Positions 58,098 through 64,000 of a stretch of DNA of 64,000 nt are shown piece after piece. Source of the stretch: Lachnospiraceae bacterium (GTDB taxonomy: Bacteria > Bacillota > Clostridia > Lachnospirales > Lachnospiraceae). Positions within the stretch are counted from its first letter, which is position 1. Every line of letters begins with the position of its first letter. The notes under the pieces were generated by a model. That model saw only the letters and a list, made by a program, of their open reading frames with translations. It did not search any database and was not told where the DNA came from. Where the stretch lies: positions 2,378 through 66,377 of the forward strand of contig JBGVNF010000118.1 of NCBI GenBank assembly GCA_045125245.1, written 5' to 3'. The position numbers and the translations under genes are program-made.

Positions 58098-59036
58098 ATG
58101 TGTACTGGGATTTGGTTTGGGAATAGATTTTTTGGGAGGACTCTCGATTGGATGGAGTCTTATGGGGAGGTGTTGGTGGTGGCACCGAGGAATTATAAGT
58201 TTGAGTTTAAGTTTGAGGAAGGCTTAGAGAGCCATTTTGCGATTATGGGGATGGCGGTGGTGTCAGACAATTATCCACTTTTTTATGAGGGTTTTAATGA
58301 GGCTGGTCTTGGTATGGCAGGATTATATTTTAAGGATGAGACTGTGTATCACAAAAGGTGCGAGGGAAAGATTAATGTGGCGCCTTTTGAGATTGTTCCG
58401 TATATTTTGGGACAGTGTAAGAGTGTGAGGGAGGCTAGAGAAAGGTTAGATAAAATGAATATTGTTGATGAGGGCTTCAATGATAGATGGGGGACTTCTC
58501 CACTTCATTGGATTGTGGCTGATAAGGAGGAGTGTATAGTGATAGAGTCCTTAGAGGATGGGCTTAAGATTTATGAAAATAGTTATGGTGTTCTTACTAA
58601 TGCACCGTCCTTTGATAGTCAAGTTGCAAATTATAATAATTATATGAATTTACACCATAAGCTTCCGGGGAATTGGACTTCTATGTCAAGATTCGTGAGG
58701 GCAGTTTATGTGAGGAATAATTCCAAAGTGAGAACGAGAATTAATAACTATTTGAAAAGTGATGATATTACTTTTGAAGATACGATTTTAAAAATGAATG
58801 AAATGGAAATGGTAAATCATTATTTTCGTATGTTGGATTCTGTATGTCAGATAAGGGGCTGCAATAAAGAAGTGGATAGAGAGGATGAAATAACCATTTA
58901 CAGTTGTTGTCAAGATTTAGATAAAGGTATATACTATTATACAACATATGAGTGTAGGGATATAAAGTCCTTATGCTTTGATGAAGTAGAGCTTAATGGA
59001 GATAAGCTTTATATTAGGGATATTAGGAGGATATAA
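58098..59036 (+). CDS. choloylglycine hydrolase family Ntn hydrolase (bile salt hydrolase / penicillin V acylase-like)
   Basis: With ATG 58098 the protein begins MCTGIWF, placing the nucleophile Cys at position 2 as in this family; AAGGGGGAG RBS 5-6 nt upstream. Confidence 0.85.
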   Translation: MCTGIWFGNRFFGRTLDWMESYGEVLVVAPRNYKFEFKFEEGLESHFAIMGMAVVSDNYPLFYEGFNEAGLGMAGLYFKDETVYHKRCEGKINVAPFEIVPYILGQCKSVREARERLDKMNIVDEGFNDRWGTSPLHWIVADKEECIVIESLEDGLKIYENSYGVLTNAPSFDSQVANYNNYMNLHHKLPGNWTSMSRFVRAVYVRNNSKVRTRINNYLKSDDITFEDTILKMNEMEMVNHYFRMLDSVCQIRGCNKEVDREDEITIYSCCQDLDKGIYYYTTYECRDIKSLCFDEVELNGDKLYIRDIRRI

Positions 59037-59038
59037 AA

Positions 59039-60238
59039 TTGAAAAAAATATTACAGTTTATTTTATCGTTGGGAATAGGAGCAGTACTAGGTGTTATCTT
59101 GCTGTGGGTTATCGGTTTCGACAATATGGATAAGATGGAGTTTTGGCAATTTTTTATGGCTTATACATTCATGTTTTTTGGCGTATATGCGATTTTGATA
59201 TTTACTACAATTATTCATGAAGCGGGTCATCTTGTGTGTGGTCTTATGTCGGGGTATGGGTATCTTAATTTTAGAATACTTAGTTTTAATTTTTGTAAAT
59301 ATGAGTATGGTTTTAAGATAAAGAGATTTGCTATTCCAGGTACTGGTGGACAGTGTCTTATGGCGCCACCAGAATATAACGACGGCAATTTTAAGTATAA
59401 GTTGTACCTTGCTGGCGGAAATATGGCTACCTTTATATTGTTTGCTATTGAGGTAATGATTGTTGCCGTGACAGGCATTGATACATTTATAGGTAGATTT
59501 GTATTGTTGACAGCCGTGATTTCTTTATATTTGCTATTATTAAATGCAATACCTATGAAGCTAGGTGGTATCGCCAATGATGCTTTTGATTTGAAAAGCT
59601 TAGGAAAAAATCCAGAGCATAAAAAAGAGTTTTGGTTGAGTTTAGATGTGAATGCAAAAACAAATAGAGGTGCATTATTGTCAGAGGTAGGGATTGATTT
59701 TGATGCTATAGATGACGATGAGTTGATGAAGGAAATCGATGGCATCGCCATACAGATTAAGCTTAATATAAAGGTTAATTATCTTATAGGTGAAAAAAGA
59801 TTTGAAGAGGCATATACATTATGTAAGAAGCTTCTTGATGAAAAAGCTGTTATTGAGTTATATAAATATGAATTAAAATGTGATAAAATGTTTTTAGAAA
59901 TTGTTCTTGGAAAAGAAGGTAAAGTAAAGAAAACATATTCTGATGAACTGAAATTATATATAAATAAGACTCATAAATATATGATAACAAGAATGAGACT
60001 TATGTATGCTTATTATCTCTTGATAGAAAAAGATGAAGCTAAGGCTTTAAAGGAGAAGGCGGCATTTGAAAAAGCGTGCCTTAGATATCCTGATTTAGGT
60101 GAAATAAAGAATGAGAAAGCACTTATGGAATATATAGATTCCATACATAAAAACAATATGGAAACTACCAAGAATACAGAAATAAATGACAGTATGGAAG
60201 CTGATACAAATGAAGAAACTGTGGAGAAGGAGGCGTAA
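59039..60238 (+). CDS. membrane zinc metalloprotease, M50 (site-2 protease)-like, with helical C-terminal domain
   Basis: HExxH in a TM helix (IIHEAGHLVCG) and a second motif LLNAIPMKLGGIANDAFD resembling NxxPxxxxDG; TTG start 3 nt after the upstream stop. Confidence 0.65.
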   Translation: MKKILQFILSLGIGAVLGVILLWVIGFDNMDKMEFWQFFMAYTFMFFGVYAILIFTTIIHEAGHLVCGLMSGYGYLNFRILSFNFCKYEYGFKIKRFAIPGTGGQCLMAPPEYNDGNFKYKLYLAGGNMATFILFAIEVMIVAVTGIDTFIGRFVLLTAVISLYLLLLNAIPMKLGGIANDAFDLKSLGKNPEHKKEFWLSLDVNAKTNRGALLSEVGIDFDAIDDDELMKEIDGIAIQIKLNIKVNYLIGEKRFEEAYTLCKKLLDEKAVIELYKYELKCDKMFLEIVLGKEGKVKKTYSDELKLYINKTHKYMITRMRLMYAYYLLIEKDEAKALKEKAAFEKACLRYPDLGEIKNEKALMEYIDSIHKNNMETTKNTEINDSMEADTNEETVEKEA

Positions 60239-60696
60239 TGCGTTTAACTACATTATGTTATATAGAAAAAGATGAAAACTACCTTATGCTTCATAGAGTA
60301 AAGAAGGTCAACGACGAAAACCATGATAAATGGATAGGCGTAGGAGGTAAGTTTGAAGAAGGAGAAAGTCCAGAGGATTGTTTACTTCGCGAGGTATACG
60401 AAGAGACAGGACTTACTCTTACGTCATACAAATATAGAGGTCTAGTAACTTTTATCTCAGATCAATGGGAGAATGAATATATGCATCTTTTTACAGCGAC
60501 GGAGTATGAAGGCGATATAAAAGAATGTGATGAAGGTGAACTAGTGTGGGTACCTAAGAAAGATTTAGACAAGCTTAAATTATGGGAAGGAGATAAAATC
60601 TTTTTAAAGTTACTTGAAGAGGAAGAAAGATTCTTTACATTGAAGCTGACATATGAAGGTGAAGAGCTTGTAGGTGCAGAAACTAAATTATATTAG
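60238..60696 (+). CDS. NUDIX hydrolase, MutT/8-oxo-dGTPase-like
   Basis: NUDIX box GVGGKFEEGESPEDCLLREVYEETGL; start overlaps the upstream stop (TAATG). Confidence 0.85.
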   Translation: MRLTTLCYIEKDENYLMLHRVKKVNDENHDKWIGVGGKFEEGESPEDCLLREVYEETGLTLTSYKYRGLVTFISDQWENEYMHLFTATEYEGDIKECDEGELVWVPKKDLDKLKLWEGDKIFLKLLEEEERFFTLKLTYEGEELVGAETKLY

Positions 60697-60859
60697 GGGA
60701 ATCGAACCCCTATTAATAACGTAACCAGTCATATTTCACAAATTTATGCTGTGATTTTTACGATAGCGGAGAAAATCAAATATTCGTAGTATGTAAAAAT
60801 CATAGTATAAACTTTGTGCAATATGACGTAATGAATTCATCAGGGGTTCGATGCCCCTA
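60694..60859 (-). repeat. nested-palindrome element, copy C (short form, inverted orientation)
   Basis: Ends TAGGGGAATCGAACCCCT (60694-60711) / AGGGGTTCGATGCCCCTA (60842-60859). Inner layers GTCATATTTCACAAATTTAT / ATAAACTTTGTGCAATATGAC and the core TTTATGCTGTGATTTTTACGATAGCG...CGTAGTATGTAAAAATCATAGTATAAA are homologous to the arms of A and B. Confidence 0.8.
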
Positions 60860-60884
60860 AATATAAACATATAGGAGGTAACTT

Positions 60885-63065
60885 ATGCCGATTTATATCG
60901 ATGAGAAGGAGCTTGTATTTCATCTTAAGACACCTAATACAAGCTATATTATGAAGGTGTGGCGTGGTAAATATTTAGCTCACATTTATTGGGGCAAGAA
61001 GATAGATGATTTCTCTATGGAAAATGCATTGCTTAGTAGAACTTCTGGTTGGTCTCCGATGACAGATAAAGAAGATTATACATTAGATTTTATATGTCAG
61101 GAATATCCAACTGGCTGTGGCACTGATTATAGAATACCGGCTATTAGTGCGGTATATGATGATGGCAGCAGAACTGTGGAGTTGGTTTATGAAGGGTACA
61201 AGCTATCAAAAGGTAAGTCTAAGTTAAAGGGGCTTCCAGCTACTTATGTAGAGTCAGAGGAAGAGGCAGAGACATTAGAGATTACTCTTAGAGACAAGGT
61301 TAAAAATCTCAAGGTTGTTCTAATGTATACAGTGTTTAACGACTATGACGCAATTACAAGAAGTGTCCGAGTTGTTAATGAAAGTGATAAGGATATTTTA
61401 CTTGAAAAGGTTTTAAGTGGTAGTGTGGATTTCGAGGATTCGGACTATGACCTTGTAACTCTTAGTGGAGCTTGGGGTAGAGAGCGTAGAATAGAGAGAG
61501 GACCTATCAGAAGTGGTATTCAGAGTGCTAGTAGCAATAGAGGTTCTTCGAGTCATTACCTTAATCCATTTTTTGCTATGTGCTCTAAAAATGCAAATGA
61601 GGAATATGGTGATGTATACGGATATAGCTTGGTATATAGCGGAAGCTTTACAGCAGGCGTGGAGGTTGATTTATTCTATAAATCAAGAGCTTATATGGGT
61701 ATAAATGATTATGATTTTTCTTGGAAGCTTGAGCCAAATGATGAATTTACAGCACCAGAGATGGTTATGGTTTATTCAGATGCAGGCTTTGGTAAAATGT
61801 CTAGAACCTTCCATAAGCTTTATAGAAAAAGATTAGTTAGAGGAAAATATAGAGACGAGGTTCGTCCGATACTTGTAAATAACTGGGAAGCAACTTATTT
61901 TGATTTTACAGAAGAAAAAATCGTAAATTTAGCCAAATCAGCTAAGGAGCTTGGCATAGAATTGCTAGTTTTAGATGATGGATGGTTTGGTAAAAGAAAT
62001 AGTGATAATTCTTCCTTGGGAGACTGGTTTGTCAATAGAGAAAAGCTTCCTTTAGGAATAGATGGATTGGCCAAGAGGGTAAATGAAGAGGGCTTAAAGT
62101 TTGGTTTGTGGTTAGAACCAGAGATGATATCGGTGGATAGTGATTTGTATAGAGCTCATCCAGATTGGTGTATCCATGTGCCAGAACGAGTTAGATGTGA
62201 GGCTAGAAATCAGTTGATACTGGATTTAAGCAGAAAAGAAGTATGCTATTATATAAAGGATACTGTTAATAGATTGCTTAAAGAAGCGAATATTTCTTAT
62301 GTTAAATGGGATATGAATAGAAATATGTCTCAGTTTGGTTCGGCAGGCTTGCCAGCTGACAGACAAAAGGAAATGCCACATAGATATATGTTAGGTTTAT
62401 ATAGCATATTGGAAGATATTATAACCAATAATCCAGATGTATTATTTGAAGGCTGTTCAGGCGGTGGTGGAAGATTTGATCCAGGTATGCTTTATTATAT
62501 GCCACAGATTTGGGCGAGTGATGATACAGATGCTGTGGAACGACTTTATATACAGTATGGAACAAGTTTGGTATATCCAATCAGTGCAATGGGTGCTCAT
62601 GTATCGGTGACACCAAATCATCAGACAGGAAGAATGACATCTCTAAAGATTAGAGGAGATGTAGCTATGAGTGGAAACTTTGGCTATGAGCTAGATTTGA
62701 CTAAGTTTACTGATGAAGAAAAAGAGGAAGTAAAGAAACAAATTGAACAGTATAAGGAGCTTCGTACTTTCCTGCCAAAGAGTGATATGTATAGACTAAA
62801 GAGTCCATATGAGGGCAATGATATAGCGTGGATGTTCATATCGGAGGACGGATGCGATATATTCGCAGGATACTTTAGAATTCTATGTAAGGTAAACGGT
62901 GGAATATATAGAATGAAGTTTACCGCTTTGGATGAAAATGCTATTTATAAGGTGGTAGATGAGGATAAGGAATATACAGGTGCAGAGCTTATGTATATAG
63001 GATTGGAAGTAGATATGTGGGGCGATTATACAAGTAAGACATGGAGATTGAAGAAAAAGAGTTAA
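60885..63065 (+). CDS. alpha-galactosidase, GH36
   Basis: GH36 hallmarks KWDMNR and CSGGGGRFD; 726 aa; AGGAGG RBS. Confidence 0.93.
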   Translation: MPIYIDEKELVFHLKTPNTSYIMKVWRGKYLAHIYWGKKIDDFSMENALLSRTSGWSPMTDKEDYTLDFICQEYPTGCGTDYRIPAISAVYDDGSRTVELVYEGYKLSKGKSKLKGLPATYVESEEEAETLEITLRDKVKNLKVVLMYTVFNDYDAITRSVRVVNESDKDILLEKVLSGSVDFEDSDYDLVTLSGAWGRERRIERGPIRSGIQSASSNRGSSSHYLNPFFAMCSKNANEEYGDVYGYSLVYSGSFTAGVEVDLFYKSRAYMGINDYDFSWKLEPNDEFTAPEMVMVYSDAGFGKMSRTFHKLYRKRLVRGKYRDEVRPILVNNWEATYFDFTEEKIVNLAKSAKELGIELLVLDDGWFGKRNSDNSSLGDWFVNREKLPLGIDGLAKRVNEEGLKFGLWLEPEMISVDSDLYRAHPDWCIHVPERVRCEARNQLILDLSRKEVCYYIKDTVNRLLKEANISYVKWDMNRNMSQFGSAGLPADRQKEMPHRYMLGLYSILEDIITNNPDVLFEGCSGGGGRFDPGMLYYMPQIWASDDTDAVERLYIQYGTSLVYPISAMGAHVSVTPNHQTGRMTSLKIRGDVAMSGNFGYELDLTKFTDEEKEEVKKQIEQYKELRTFLPKSDMYRLKSPYEGNDIAWMFISEDGCDIFAGYFRILCKVNGGIYRMKFTALDENAIYKVVDEDKEYTGAELMYIGLEVDMWGDYTSKTWRLKKKS

Positions 63066-63131
63066 TATAGTTGCAAGCCAAGATTTATGAGATAAAACTG
63101 ATATAAGTAACGGATTTAACCTAGATTTAAC

Positions 63132-63160
63132 TTGTACAATGTAAAAAATGGGTGTATAAT
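63132..63160 (+). promoter_or_regulatory. candidate promoter for the ATPase leader
   Basis: TTGTAC, 17 nt, TATAAT. Confidence 0.5.
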
Positions 63161-63171
63161 CACGGAACACA

Positions 63172-63299
63172 TATTGAAGAGGGAGTAGTCTCGCTTAGGC
63201 GTGATGTTACCAACAAGCTCGGATAATATCCTGGTACATCTTAAAGACAAGACTCATTAGGGATTTAGCAAGTCCCTAATGAGTTTTTGTCTTTTTTTA
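63172..63299 (+). promoter_or_regulatory. candidate yybP-ykoY-like (Mn2+) riboswitch with intrinsic terminator
   Basis: GAGGGAGTAG (cf. conserved GGGGAGUAG), internal hairpins TCTCGC/GCGTGA and GGAT/ATCC, then GGTACATC and AAAGACAAGAC (cf. UUGACAUA and CAAGACC). The 3' segment is shared with the terminator AAAGACAAGACTCATTAGGGA / TCCCTAATGAGTTTTTGTCTTT plus T-run (63243-63299); the downstream gene is a P-type ATPase. Confidence 0.4.
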
Positions 63300-63329
63300 T
63301 ACTTTAAATATGTGGGATAGGAGGACAAA

Positions 63330-64000
63330 ATGGTATATCAAAAGGAAGTATCAAAGGTACTAGAGGAATGTAAATCGTCGATAAACGGTTTAACTAAGGA
63401 ACAGGTAAAGGAGCATTTAAGAATTTACGGTGACAATGTTCTTGCAGAAAAGAAGAATGATTCACCATTATTAATTTTCTTAAAGCAGTTTAAAGATTTG
63501 CTCGTTATTATCTTAATCATTGCGGCTGTTGTATCTGGTTTAAATAAGCAGATAGAGAGTGCAATCGTCATCGTAGTAGTTATTACACTTAATGCGATTC
63601 TTGGAACAGTGCAGACATTGAAGGCGCAGAAGTCTCTAGATAGTTTAAAGAAATTGTCAGTGCCAAAGGTTAAGGTATTGCGTGATGGTCAGCTTACAGA
63701 GATTGATTCTACATTACTTACAGTAGGTGATATTGTTCAGATAGAAGCTGGTGATATCGTAAGTGGTGATGGTAGAATTATCCAGTGTTCGTCACTACAG
63801 ATAAATGAAAGTGCCCTTACAGGTGAGGTAGAAAGTGTAGATAAGATAACAGATGTCATCCAGGGCGAAGTAGTAGTAGGCGACAGAAAGAATATGGTAT
63901 TCTCTGGAAGCTTAGTTACTAATGGAACAGGAAGATATGTGGTAACACACATTGGAATGGAAACAGAGATTGGTAAGATAGCTACTATGCTTAATGATAC
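63330..64000 (+). CDS. cation-transporting P-type ATPase (type II-like), 5' partial, continues past the window end
   Basis: Open to the window edge so absent from the ORF track. AGGAGG RBS; N-terminal cation-ATPase-N domain (GLTKEQVKEHLRIYGDNVL) and actuator region INESALTGE...NMVFSGSLVTNG. Confidence 0.9.
   Translation, partial: MVYQKEVSKVLEECKSSINGLTKEQVKEHLRIYGDNVLAEKKNDSPLLIFLKQFKDLLVIILIIAAVVSGLNKQIESAIVIVVVITLNAILGTVQTLKAQKSLDSLKKLSVPKVKVLRDGQLTEIDSTLLTVGDIVQIEAGDIVSGDGRIIQCSSLQINESALTGEVESVDKITDVIQGEVVVGDRKNMVFSGSLVTNGTGRYVVTHIGMETEIGKIATMLND

Noticed and set aside
60694-60859. Possible tRNA gene suggested by GGGGTTCGATGCCCC / GGGGAATCGAACCCC
   Set aside because: Only T-arm-like hairpins are present. 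No acceptor stem, D-arm or anticodon arm can be drawn, and the two motifs are simply the inverted ends of a palindrome.

Overview
AT-rich Clostridia-type (Lachnospiraceae-like) chromosomal window. From 5.8 to 22.5 kb it holds a complete S10-spc-alpha ribosomal supercluster (rpsJ to rplQ, including secY-adk-map-infA-rpmJ and rpsM-rpsK-rpsD-rpoA). The ecfA-ecfT-truA-rplM-rpsI block normally follows rplQ directly. Here it sits at 30.1-34.7 kb, behind a ~7.5 kb accessory insertion carrying a two-component system, NUDIX, GNATs, a Crp/Fnr regulator, Fe-S proteins and maa. The rest is housekeeping and accessory genes: MCP, GNAT-methyltransferase fusion, nucleoside phosphorylase, 5'-nucleotidase and transglutaminase-like lipoproteins, PdxR/pdxK, a BRO-N orphan, DUF1538-like membrane protein plus tandem P-II-like protein, heterodimeric ABC exporter, ldh, pyk, Ntn hydrolase, M50-like protease, MutT-like NUDIX, GH36 alpha-galactosidase and a partial P-type ATPase. 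The main signals are non-coding. (1) Three copies (53.0, 57.7, 60.7 kb) of a nested-palindrome repeat of 166-300 bp, whose internal hairpins differ between copies only by compensated base-pair changes. (2) The ribosomal operon has unusually long spacers (about 100-300 nt) filled with recurring hairpin and motif modules. (3) Structured leaders precede rpsJ and rplM, and there is a candidate Mn2+ (yybP-ykoY-like) riboswitch with terminator ahead of the P-type ATPase. I saw no rRNA, tRNA, CRISPR array, transposase or integrase, and no recognisable defence system. All family assignments come from motif recognition by eye, since no database search was possible.
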